Shown: in pieces, positions 28,854-37,504 of the stretch
Position numbering within the stretch: position 1 is the first letter of the stretch
Layout of the letters: each line of letters begins with the position of its first letter
Source: Candidatus Poribacteria bacterium
Lineage (GTDB): Bacteria > Poribacteria > WGA-4E > WGA-3G
Assembly: GCA_963665235.2 (NCBI GenBank)
Contig: CAXXLX010000001.1
Span: forward strand, 2,272,001 to 2,336,000
DNA length: 64,000 nucleotides
Reading direction: 5' to 3'
Made by a program: the position numbers and the translations under genes
The notes under the pieces: generated by a model
The model's input: the letters and a program-made list of their open reading frames with translations, nothing else
Database searches by the model: none
Told to the model about the DNA's origin: nothing

Positions 28854-30695
28854 GTGGAAACTCTAAAGAATCTTCTCACACAGACAGCGACGAACTTACG
28901 TATCCACTCCATCGCCGCGACATCGGCGGCAGGCAACGGGCATCCCACGACGTGCATGTCCGCAGCGGATATTGTCGCAGCACTCTTTTTTCACGCGATG
29001 CGCTACGACCCTACCAACGCACAACACCCGAACAACGATAGGTTCATCTTATCAAAAGGGCACGCCGCACCGCTCCTTTACGCAGCGTACGCTGAAGCCG
29101 GTGTTATCCCTAAAACCGACCTGCTCACATTGCGGCAGATTGATAGCATCCTTGAGGGACACCCCACGCCTCGCTTTGAATGGACAGAGGTCGCCACGGG
29201 CTCGCTCGGGCAAGGTTTATCCCTCGGACTCGGCATGGCACTCAACGGCAAATACTTAGACAAGTCGGATTACCGCGTGTATGTCCTGCTCGGCGACGGT
29301 GAAACGGCTGAAGGTGCGGTTTGGGAAGCAGCTGCCTTAGCATCACATTACAACCTGAATAACCTCATCGGGATTATAGATGTAAACGCCCTTGGGCAGA
29401 GCCAACGGACTATGTACGGGTTCGATATCGATACCTACTGTCAACGTTTTGAGACCTTCGGTTGGCAAGCTATCGGCATCGATGGACACGATTTTGATGA
29501 AATCCTGCCCGCGCTCACACAGGCGAAAGCCTCTACCGATAAACCGACCATGATAGTCGCCAAGACGTTCAAAGGAAAAGGCGTTTCATTCCTCGAAGAC
29601 GCAGACAACTGGCACGGGAAACCTGTACCGCAAGGCGAAGACCTTGACAAGGCGTTAGCCGAACTCGGGCCATTGCAGACAGATATTCCGCTACAAATAG
29701 AGCCCCCCACCCCCATAGACATTCAGATTTCTCCATCTACCGAATCTGAACCGCCAAACTATATGCCCGACGAAGAGGTGGCAACCCGCGGCGGCTATGG
29801 CACCGGGCTTGCAAAACTTGGGACAGCAAACCCCAATGTTGTTGCCCTAGATGGCGACACCAAAAACTCGACGTACGCCGAACAATTCATGGAACTATAC
29901 CCAGCTCGGTATTTTGAGATGTTCATTGCCGAACAGAATTTAGTCGGGGCAGGCATCGGTTTAGCGAAACGCGGTAAAATTCCGTTCGTCTCAACGTTCG
30001 CAGCGTTCCTATCGCGTGCTTATGACCAGATTCGGATGTCCGCGATTTCGCAGGCGAACATTAAATATGCAGGGTCACATTGCGGCGTTTCAATCGGAGA
30101 AGACGGCCCCTCACAAATGGGATTAGAAGATATTGCGATGTTCCGCGCAATTCCCGAAGCAGTCGTGCTGTATCCAAGCGATGCTGTTGCAGCAGAACGG
30201 CTTGTCGCAGAAGCCGCCGCACATGAAGGCATCGTGTACATCCGAACCTCGCGCCCGAAAACCGCAATTCTTTACGAAGCAACAGAAGATTTTCCCATCG
30301 GGGGATGTAAAATCCTCAAGAGAAGTGCTGAAGATAAAGTGACCGTCATCGGGGCAGGTGTGACGCTACACGAAGCCTTAAAGGCACATGACATACTCGC
30401 CGCGGAAGGCATCGCAATCCGAATCATCGACCTGTATTCCATCAAACCGATTGACACGGAAACCCTCCTCGCTGCTGCAGCCGACACGAACAACACCTTA
30501 ATCACTGTTGAGGACCATTATCCTGAAGGCGGTTTAGGCGAGGCAGTTTCAGCAGCTGTTTCTACCGAAGGTGTATCCGTTCACAAACTCGCTGTCACAG
30601 GCATACCGCGCTCTGGCAAACCGGAGGAGTTATTGGAATTTCACGGAATTAGCGCAAACGCCATTGTACAGAAGGTGAAAAGCATCGTCTCCTGA
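28854..30695 (+). CDS. tkt: Transketolase (~610-aa animal-like type)
   Basis: DRFILSKGHAAP, ATGSLGQG, GDGETAEG TPP motif, SHCGVSIGEDGPSQM. Confidence 0.93.
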   Translation: METLKNLLTQTATNLRIHSIAATSAAGNGHPTTCMSAADIVAALFFHAMRYDPTNAQHPNNDRFILSKGHAAPLLYAAYAEAGVIPKTDLLTLRQIDSILEGHPTPRFEWTEVATGSLGQGLSLGLGMALNGKYLDKSDYRVYVLLGDGETAEGAVWEAAALASHYNLNNLIGIIDVNALGQSQRTMYGFDIDTYCQRFETFGWQAIGIDGHDFDEILPALTQAKASTDKPTMIVAKTFKGKGVSFLEDADNWHGKPVPQGEDLDKALAELGPLQTDIPLQIEPPTPIDIQISPSTESEPPNYMPDEEVATRGGYGTGLAKLGTANPNVVALDGDTKNSTYAEQFMELYPARYFEMFIAEQNLVGAGIGLAKRGKIPFVSTFAAFLSRAYDQIRMSAISQANIKYAGSHCGVSIGEDGPSQMGLEDIAMFRAIPEAVVLYPSDAVAAERLVAEAAAHEGIVYIRTSRPKTAILYEATEDFPIGGCKILKRSAEDKVTVIGAGVTLHEALKAHDILAAEGIAIRIIDLYSIKPIDTETLLAAAADTNNTLITVEDHYPEGGLGEAVSAAVSTEGVSVHKLAVTGIPRSGKPEELLEFHGISANAIVQKVKSIVS

Positions 30696-30711
30696 CACAT
30701 GCTAGGTCAAC

Positions 30712-30882
30712 GGAAAGTTAGATTTGGAACATAAGTCGGTGGGTACATATCGAAGGCGTAGTGGTGCCGCCTATTGGGATGGTAAGAACGAAGACGGTGA
30801 ACCGGTCGCTACTGGCCTCTATTTCTATCAGTTTGAGGCAGGCAGCATGAGAAGTGTGCGGAAAATGTGGCTATTGAAATAA
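30712..30882 (+). pseudogene. Orphan remnant of FlgD-Ig / C-terminal sorting domain
   Basis: Frame reads GKLDLEHKSVGTYRRRSGAAYWDGKNEDGEPVATGLYFYQFEAGSMRSVRKMWLLK*, with no start for the domain. Confidence 0.7.
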
Positions 30883-30949
30883 ACTCAAGTGAATTGGTTT
30901 CTCTGGGTACATATCCAGCGAATCAACTGTCTATAAAGGAGTTAGAACA

Positions 30950-31141
30950 GTGGAACTTCAAGATTTATACGATTTGATGAAGGACAATTTTTCGGATGTA
31001 AAAGAACGTTTTTCGGAGATTATTACGCGGTTGGACGGTATTGACGAACGGCTTCGTAAGGTAGAGACCGACGTTGCCGAACTGCGCGGACGCAAATTGG
31101 GCATAAGCGTTGCGCGGATGGTACGTTGGTTCGCAGGTTAA
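30950..31141 (+). CDS. Small coiled-coil hypothetical protein
   Basis: AAAGGAG RBS; heptad pattern RLDGIDERLRKVETDVAELRG. Confidence 0.6.
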   Translation: MELQDLYDLMKDNFSDVKERFSEIITRLDGIDERLRKVETDVAELRGRKLGISVARMVRWFAG

Positions 31142-31251
31142 ATTTGAGACAGAAGTCCGTGGGTATAGCTCAAAATCGTAGTCGTCGTGCGGCCTATTGG
31201 GATGGCAAAGACGATTTCACCGCAACACGAAAGATGCTCATAAGGAAGTAA
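31114..31251 (+). pseudogene. Second, internally deleted FlgD-Ig / sorting domain remnant
   Basis: ADGTLVRRLNLRQKSVGIAQNRSRRAAYWDGKDDFTATRKMLIRK*. Confidence 0.65.
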
Positions 31252-31266
31252 AAGGCTCACCAAGAT

Positions 31267-31635
31267 ATGCAACAAGCGATAGTTTGGATTATAGTAATAG
31301 CGGTTATCCTTTTAGCGGCCATCGGCATGATTTTCGCCTTGCGAGCACCGAGCACTGCCCCAAAAACATATCCAGCAGATAAGGGCCCCAACTTTATTGA
31401 TGTCTCCACCTATCCGCAGGAGATGCAAACCCTTTATGAACTGTTTACCCGCAAGTGCAGCCGATGCCATACCGTCGCACGACCGATTAATTCGGTCTTT
31501 GCCCCAGAGGAGTGGCGAAAATATGTCCACAAGATGATGCGAAAGCCGGGCTCCGGACTGAACCCCAAAACAGCTGAACAGATAATCAAATTCTTAACTT
31601 ACGATGCCCGACATCGAGAGAGAAGCACACCGTAA
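31267..31635 (+). CDS. Membrane-anchored monoheme cytochrome c
   Basis: N-terminal TM helix, CSRCH heme motif, distal Met (KMMRKP). Confidence 0.75.
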   Translation: MQQAIVWIIVIAVILLAAIGMIFALRAPSTAPKTYPADKGPNFIDVSTYPQEMQTLYELFTRKCSRCHTVARPINSVFAPEEWRKYVHKMMRKPGSGLNPKTAEQIIKFLTYDARHRERSTP

Positions 31636-31639
31636 AAAT

Positions 31640-32059
31640 ATGAAACCTTATGAATACCTTGACCATACAGCAGATGCCGCCATGCGCGTCACAGGCGACA
31701 CCCTTAAAACCCTCTTTACCCATGCTGCGCACGGTCTGTTCGAAATGATAGCCGTCACCGATACAATTGACGAAACAACCACAATTGATATCCAACTCAC
31801 TGCTGAAGCCGTTGATATCCTCTTCGTCGAGTGGTTAGATACGTTAATCTTCAGACACGAAACAGAGGAACTTTTCTTTAAACGGGTCGACATTCAAGCT
31901 ATTTCTCAAACGGAACTCTCTGCGGTAGTATACGGTGAACCCACAAATTTTGACAAACATGTCGTTTATACAGAGATTAAAGCGGTAACCTATCACCAAT
32001 TATCGGTTAAGCAAACCGCTAAAGGAGCCTGGGAGGCACAAGTCATCTTCGACCTGTAA
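31640..32059 (+). CDS. Archease
   Basis: YEYLDHTADA N-terminus, EIKAVTYHQL, C-terminal VIFDL. Confidence 0.92.
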   Translation: MKPYEYLDHTADAAMRVTGDTLKTLFTHAAHGLFEMIAVTDTIDETTTIDIQLTAEAVDILFVEWLDTLIFRHETEELFFKRVDIQAISQTELSAVVYGEPTNFDKHVVYTEIKAVTYHQLSVKQTAKGAWEAQVIFDL

Positions 32060-32117
32060 TGGGATAAAATTGATTACTGACTGCCGTTCGCCTAGCTTTT
32101 AATAAAAGGAAAACAGA

Positions 32118-32324
32118 ATGTTAATAGGCGTGTTCGCGCTCGTCGTTTTAATTATTATCGGGGGTGGCATCCTGCTTGCGCGTCTGTCAACTGTCGCGAA
32201 ATATAGAGGGTCTTGGGTTTGGGGATTCTTTATCCTCATCCTACTTATCTGCATTCCGCTTTTTCTGTTAGGTGTTTGCGTCTGGTTGCTGGCCTATTAC
32301 AACGTAGACTTTGGCCCATTCTAA
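32118..32324 (+). CDS. Small two-TM hypothetical membrane protein
   Basis: AAAGGA RBS; two hydrophobic helices. Confidence 0.5.
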   Translation: MLIGVFALVVLIIIGGGILLARLSTVAKYRGSWVWGFFILILLICIPLFLLGVCVWLLAYYNVDFGPF

Positions 32325-32516
32325 AATTACTTAGTGTGGACAATATCTGTGGGACTGATGCCCGATTTTCAAAGCATCTCTCATTTTGTTGTTCACAGTT
32401 GCACACACATGAATGCACACACATGAAAATAGGAGAAAAATAGACCCTAATGGGCAAAAGCGCAGCCCCATCGGGGCGATATCTTTATAGCAAACGCAAC
32501 CACCCCCCAACCTAGC

Positions 32517-32632
32517 TGGTCTACTCGGCAAATTCTTATGCCTTATGAGTTTACGGATAATAGCCGTGACATCGCACTGTGCCTGTGATTATGGCGTGTC
32601 TATTTTACGATATAAACTTAGCGAGCAGACCA
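32517..32632. mobile_element. 116-bp MITE (copy 1) inside REP array
   Basis: Imperfect terminal IRs TGGTCTACTCGGCAAATT / AACTTAGCGAGCAGACCA, flanked by TAGC direct repeats. Confidence 0.7.
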
Positions 32633-32834
32633 TAGCCCCATCGGGGCGATATATTTATAGCAAACGCAACCACCCCCCAACCTAGCCCCATCGGGGCGAT
32701 ATTTATAGCAAACGCAACCACCCCCCAACCTAGCCCCATGGGGGCGATATATTTATAGCAAACGCAACCACCCCCCAACCTAGCCCCATCGGGGCGATAT
32801 CTTTATAGCAAACGCAACCACCCCCCAACCTAGC

Positions 32835-32950
32835 TGGTCTACTCGGCAAATTCTTATGCCTTATGAGTTTACGGATAATAGCCGTGACATCGCACTGTGC
32901 CTGTGATTATGGCGTGTCTATTTTACGATATAAACTTAGCGAGCAGACCA
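32835..32950. mobile_element. 116-bp MITE (copy 2, identical)
   Basis: Identical to 32517-32632, with the same TAGC flanks. Confidence 0.7.
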
Positions 32951-33249
32951 TAGCCCCATCGGGGCGATATCTTTATAGCAAACGCAACCACCCCCCAACC
33001 TAGCCCCATCGGGGCGATATATTTATAGCAAACGCAACCACCCCCCAACATGGGGGCGATATATTTATAGCAAACGCAACCACCCCCCAACCAGCCCCAT
33101 CGGGGCATAGCCCCATCGGGGCGATATCTTTATAGAAGCGCCAACACCCTAACCTACAATCACAAAACTTGGAGTGTTACGCACCTTACAATCCTCGGAA
33201 TCCGTGTAATCCGCTATAATCCGCGATTCAGAAAAGTTCTTCCACTCTT

Positions 33250-33927
33250 CTATTCCGTACCCTCCGTAGCACTCGAAGGTTTTCCTGCTATATAGAGAAA
33301 CCACAACGTCAACCCAATAGCGATGACAATCCACAGTATACCCCAAAACTCTGTCGGAAAAGGAGTCACCTCTGACAACATCCATGCATCTGAGCGTAAA
33401 TGTGACCGGTCTAACACATCACTTTTTATATCAAGGATAGCGTAGAGACAACTCGTCACACCAATGATACGTAATACCCAATCGTTGAACCGCTCCGGCA
33501 GGAACACCCCGAAAAAGATGAGCAATACCCCAAAACCAACGCCAAACAGGTAGGTAAACACACTCGTCCCGAAACTGATAGTAATCACGACCAGGCAGAT
33601 GCCGATTATCACACTCACCGTTTTATCGAAATGTGTCTTCGCGGCAAATAGGAGGATAATGCCGCCCCATAATAGGCTACCCAGATAACCGGCGGTTAGC
33701 GTCCAAAACCGAGAGCCACCTTGCGTAAGGGCATGTCCACCTTGTTGCGGATTAACCTCAAGCCCGACGATACTTCCGCCAGTAGCAATCGCTGCAAGCC
33801 CATGGCTCACTTCATGCATAAAAACAACGAAGATTTTGAGCGGATACATAAGCGGCGTATTCCACAAAAACATGATACCGACAAAAATTAATAGCAGCGC
33901 AATATACCGTTTAAAGAGTGCTGACAT
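33250..33927 (-). CDS. M50B-family membrane zinc metallopeptidase
   Basis: HEVSHG motif, AGYLG, SDA motif, multiple TMs. Confidence 0.88.
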   Translation of the reverse strand: MSALFKRYIALLLIFVGIMFLWNTPLMYPLKIFVVFMHEVSHGLAAIATGGSIVGLEVNPQQGGHALTQGGSRFWTLTAGYLGSLLWGGIILLFAAKTHFDKTVSVIIGICLVVITISFGTSVFTYLFGVGFGVLLIFFGVFLPERFNDWVLRIIGVTSCLYAILDIKSDVLDRSHLRSDAWMLSEVTPFPTEFWGILWIVIAIGLTLWFLYIAGKPSSATEGTE

Positions 33928-34005
33928 AGATGTTCATCCAACGTTTCAATGGATGCCTCCCAAAAATGCCTATACGAAAATTAGGCGGAGCCCCTGATTC
34001 AAAAA

Positions 34006-34132
34006 TTTTACTTGAACTAAATCGTGAAATCTGTTATAGTATAACATAGAATGCATAAAACTAACAACATTAACTGGTACTTGACCTCCTATTTTTACTT
34101 GAATCTGCGCGCAAAACCTGTTATAGTATAAC
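34006..34132 (+). promoter_or_regulatory. Tandem duplicated promoters with palindromic operator
   Basis: Two copies of TTTTACTTGAA-N-TGTTATAGTATAAC; TGTTATA-G-TATAACA is an inverted repeat overlapping the -10. Confidence 0.5.
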
Positions 34133-34330
34133 GCAAGTTGCCACATAGTCGCACAAACTTTCTAGTTTGTGGCATAAGGTGCAACATAAAAGTTCACGGT
34201 ACAATTATCAGTATTTTTTGACTAAAAGCGGCGTTTCCAAGTCTAAAAATTTATAGGAGGCAACTTAGGTTAACCTAATAACAAACCCGCCTGTAGCAGC
34301 GATGCAGGCGAGCGGAGACCACAGGAGCCA

Positions 34331-35404
34331 ATGAATACGTTCGGTCATCTTTTTCGGATTACAACTTGGGGCGAATCGCACGGCGGCGCAGTCGGTGTTG
34401 TCGTTGATGGATGTCCCCCACGGCTTACCTTAGATGAAGCTGCCATACAGTTCGAACTCAATCGGCGAAGGCCGGGGCAAAGTCATCTGACTACACCGCG
34501 TCAGGAGGGGGATGTCGTTCAAATTCTCTCAGGCGTTTTTGAGGGCAAAACGATAGGAACGCCTATCTCCATGCTCGTGTGGAATAAGGACGCGCGCCCA
34601 TCCGCCTATACACATCTGAAAGACCTTTATCGGCCATCACATGCCGATTTCACCTATCAGCAGAAATACGGCATTCGAAACTGGCAGGGTGGTGGGAGAG
34701 CCAGCGCACGCGAAACCATCGGCCGCGTCGCCGCAGGCGCAATTGCCAAACAGGTTTTGCGCGAAACAGCCGGAACTGAAACGCTCGCTTATGTCAAACA
34801 GATACATACACTATCGGCGGAGGTGGACACAGATACGGTGACGCTTGAACAGATAGAGGAAAGCCCGGTGCGGTGTCCCGACCCGATTGTGAGCCCGAAA
34901 ATGGCAGAACGGATCGATCAGGCGAGACGGGACAGGGATTCCCTCGGCGGCATCATTGAATCTGTAGCACGCAACGTTCCCACCGGGCTCGGTGAACCGG
35001 TTTTTGACAAACTGAAGGCGGATTTAGCAAAAGCCATGATGTCCCTCCCCGCCACAATGGGATTCCAAATCGGCTCCGGATTCGATGGGACCACAATGAC
35101 AGGCTCAGAACACAACGATGCATTCTATAATGATGCAGGACAGATTCGAACCCGAACAAACAATTCGGGCGGGACACAAGGGGGGATTTCGAACGGAGAA
35201 AATATCGTATTCCAAGTTGCTTTCAAACCGACAGCGACAATCGGGAAACCGCAACAGACCGTCGATACAGAGGGAAACGAGGTGACGCTTGAAGCAAGCG
35301 GCCGCCATGACCCGTGTGTATTAGTCCGCGCACCCGCAATTGTAGAAGCGATGGCCGCACTCGTACTCACAGACCATCTGCTCCGCCACCGGGCAAAACT
35401 GTAA
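34331..35404 (+). CDS. aroC: Chorismate synthase
   Basis: [30 protein letters not shown]. Confidence 0.96.
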   Translation: MNTFGHLFRITTWGESHGGAVGVVVDGCPPRLTLDEAAIQFELNRRRPGQSHLTTPRQEGDVVQILSGVFEGKTIGTPISMLVWNKDARPSAYTHLKDLYRPSHADFTYQQKYGIRNWQGGGRASARETIGRVAAGAIAKQVLRETAGTETLAYVKQIHTLSAEVDTDTVTLEQIEESPVRCPDPIVSPKMAERIDQARRDRDSLGGIIESVARNVPTGLGEPVFDKLKADLAKAMMSLPATMGFQIGSGFDGTTMTGSEHNDAFYNDAGQIRTRTNNSGGTQGGISNGENIVFQVAFKPTATIGKPQQTVDTEGNEVTLEASGRHDPCVLVRAPAIVEAMAALVLTDHLLRHRAKL

Positions 35405-35417
35405 GAAAGAGACTCAC

Positions 35418-35891
35418 ATGGCAGGTCAAAATATTATTGTGGATATAACGCCAGAAATGCCTTTAGCAGAGTGTGCTCGACACATTATCGTCACCCGATT
35501 TCGAGAAATGATGGTTTACAAAGCGGCAGCAAGCGACCTCACCGATATGGAATTCGTCCACGATATGCGGGTCGCATCCCGACGGTTGCGCGCCGCAATG
35601 GATAACTTCCGTGGTTGCTTTGAAAAAGAACAATTCAAAGCGCACTACAAACAGGTCAGAGCTATTACGCGCACAATGGGAGCCGTTCGCGACCTGGATG
35701 TTCTCATCGCTCGTTTCCAAACTTGTTTGCCGACCCTTATAGAAACGGAGCAGGGAGATATCCTACGGCTAATTGAACACCTGAAACAGGAACGGGAAGA
35801 AGCGAGAAAACCGATGTTCGCACTGTTCGCAAAACTTGAAACGGACAATTTTGAAGAAACGTTTTTGACATTCTTTAAGGCAGAGAGATAA
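35418..35891 (+). CDS. CHAD domain protein (N-half type)
   Basis: VHDMRVASRRLR...MGAVRDLDV motif. Confidence 0.88.
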   Translation: MAGQNIIVDITPEMPLAECARHIIVTRFREMMVYKAAASDLTDMEFVHDMRVASRRLRAAMDNFRGCFEKEQFKAHYKQVRAITRTMGAVRDLDVLIARFQTCLPTLIETEQGDILRLIEHLKQEREEARKPMFALFAKLETDNFEETFLTFFKAER

Positions 35892-35892
35892 G

Positions 35893-36390
35893 ATGGCAAA
35901 AGCACAAAAGATTATAGGCCTTGAACCGAACCGGAGCTACCGCATCAATGCCCGGACAATTCTAACACAAAAGGTTGAAGAGGTTTACACCTACGAACGT
36001 TTTATTCGAGACCCGATGCGGCATAAAGAGCTCCACAACATGCGAATTTCCATTAAACGGCTTCGGTATACCATGGAATTTTTCGCAGTAAACTACAATC
36101 AACGGCACACAGTAGATGGCAGGACAGAACAGACCTACTACCAGGAATGCCTAGCAACAATTGTTGACCTACAAGAAATACTCGGAGATATCCATGATGC
36201 GGATGTTGCCGTGGAGGTTTTAACCACTTACCAGAAAAAACATGAGCCTGATGCACTACCGGGGATTGTCACGCTCATTGCACGCACCCAGGAAACTCGA
36301 CAGGCAGACTACGAAACGTTCCTAGAAAAATGGGAACAACTTTCAAAAACAGGTTTCAAACAGAGATTACTCTCATTTTTTAAACGATAG
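35893..36390 (+). CDS. CHAD domain protein (C-half type)
   Basis: LHNMRISIKRLRY...LQEILGDIHDADV motif. Confidence 0.88.
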   Translation: MAKAQKIIGLEPNRSYRINARTILTQKVEEVYTYERFIRDPMRHKELHNMRISIKRLRYTMEFFAVNYNQRHTVDGRTEQTYYQECLATIVDLQEILGDIHDADVAVEVLTTYQKKHEPDALPGIVTLIARTQETRQADYETFLEKWEQLSKTGFKQRLLSFFKR

Positions 36391-36429
36391 GAGCGAGCTC
36401 CCAATCGCGAAATAGGAGATTATTTCACA

Positions 36430-37404
36430 ATGAGCACTTACGTTGTCGGTGTAGATGTAGGCGGTACTAAAATTCTTGCCGCCGTTGTTGATGAAACGGG
36501 CAGCATTTTGGGACAAGCGAAAATGCCCACAAAGGCTAAAAAAAATAAAGATATTGTCATTGACCGCATCGCTGACTGTATCCAAAAGGCTATTAACGAC
36601 GCTGGCGTACCCCTCGAAGCAATTCAGGCAGCTGGCATCGGCGCACCAGGCACACTTGACCAAGATACCGGAATTGTCACGCTTGCACCCAACCTCGGCT
36701 GGAAAGATGTACCGCTGAAAACAGAACTCGAAGACCGCATCAGCATGCCCATCTTCGTTGAAAACGACGTTAACCTCGGCACCCTCGGCGAGCACACCTT
36801 CGGGGCTGGACAAAACGTCTCCAATTTAGTCGGCATTTTCATCGGCACCGGTATTGGCGGCGGCATTATTATGCAAGGTGAACTTTTTCGAGGCGCGTCC
36901 AAAACCGCCGGTGAAATCGGGCATATCGTCGTCAAAGTGGACGGGCCGAAATGTGGCTGCGGGAACCGAGGATGCCTCGAAGCATTAGCGAGCCGCACTG
37001 CAATGACGAAACAGATTCAGAACGCTATTCTCAAGAAAAAGAAAAAAAGCATCCTTCTGAAACTCACGGATGGAGACCTTGAATTAATTCGCAGCGGGGT
37101 TTTAGCCGAAGCAATTCGCCGCAAGGATAAATTAACACGGAAAGTACTCAAAAACGCCATAAAATATATCGGAGCCGGCATCGGCACTATCGTTAACTTC
37201 TTAAACCCTGAGATGATTGTGCTCGGGGGTGGCGTTGTTGAAGCGTTGGATGAGACATTCCTTGATGAAATTCAGAACGCCGCAGCCAAGCACACGCTCC
37301 CTAATACCTTAGACGCAGTTCAAATTGTACAGGCACAACTCGGGGACGACGCGGGTATTCTCGGCGCAGCCGCATTGGCTCGACAGCAAATCAAAGCGAC
37401 GTAA
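36430..37404 (+). CDS. ROK family sugar kinase (glucokinase-like)
   Basis: GVDVGGTK, ENDVN, GEIGH...CGCGNRGCLE. Confidence 0.92.
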   Translation: MSTYVVGVDVGGTKILAAVVDETGSILGQAKMPTKAKKNKDIVIDRIADCIQKAINDAGVPLEAIQAAGIGAPGTLDQDTGIVTLAPNLGWKDVPLKTELEDRISMPIFVENDVNLGTLGEHTFGAGQNVSNLVGIFIGTGIGGGIIMQGELFRGASKTAGEIGHIVVKVDGPKCGCGNRGCLEALASRTAMTKQIQNAILKKKKKSILLKLTDGDLELIRSGVLAEAIRRKDKLTRKVLKNAIKYIGAGIGTIVNFLNPEMIVLGGGVVEALDETFLDEIQNAAAKHTLPNTLDAVQIVQAQLGDDAGILGAAALARQQIKAT

Positions 37405-37504
37405 ATTTAACACACGCGAACAGTAGAAACAAGTCCCCGGGCACAATTTTAACACACGCAACAGTAGCATAAACTGTTAGTTGGTGCAAACGGAGGGTCC
37501 AGCC

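Larger units (their letters stand above)
32464..33135. repeat. Array of ~50-bp REP-like hairpin units
   Basis: Unit AGCCCCATCGGGGCGATAT(C/A)TTTATAGCAAACGCAACCACCCCCCAACCT, about 9-10 full or partial copies. Confidence 0.9.

Noticed and set aside
32464-33135. CRISPR array
   Set aside because: Intervening sequences are identical, not unique; the long inserts are two copies of one MITE.
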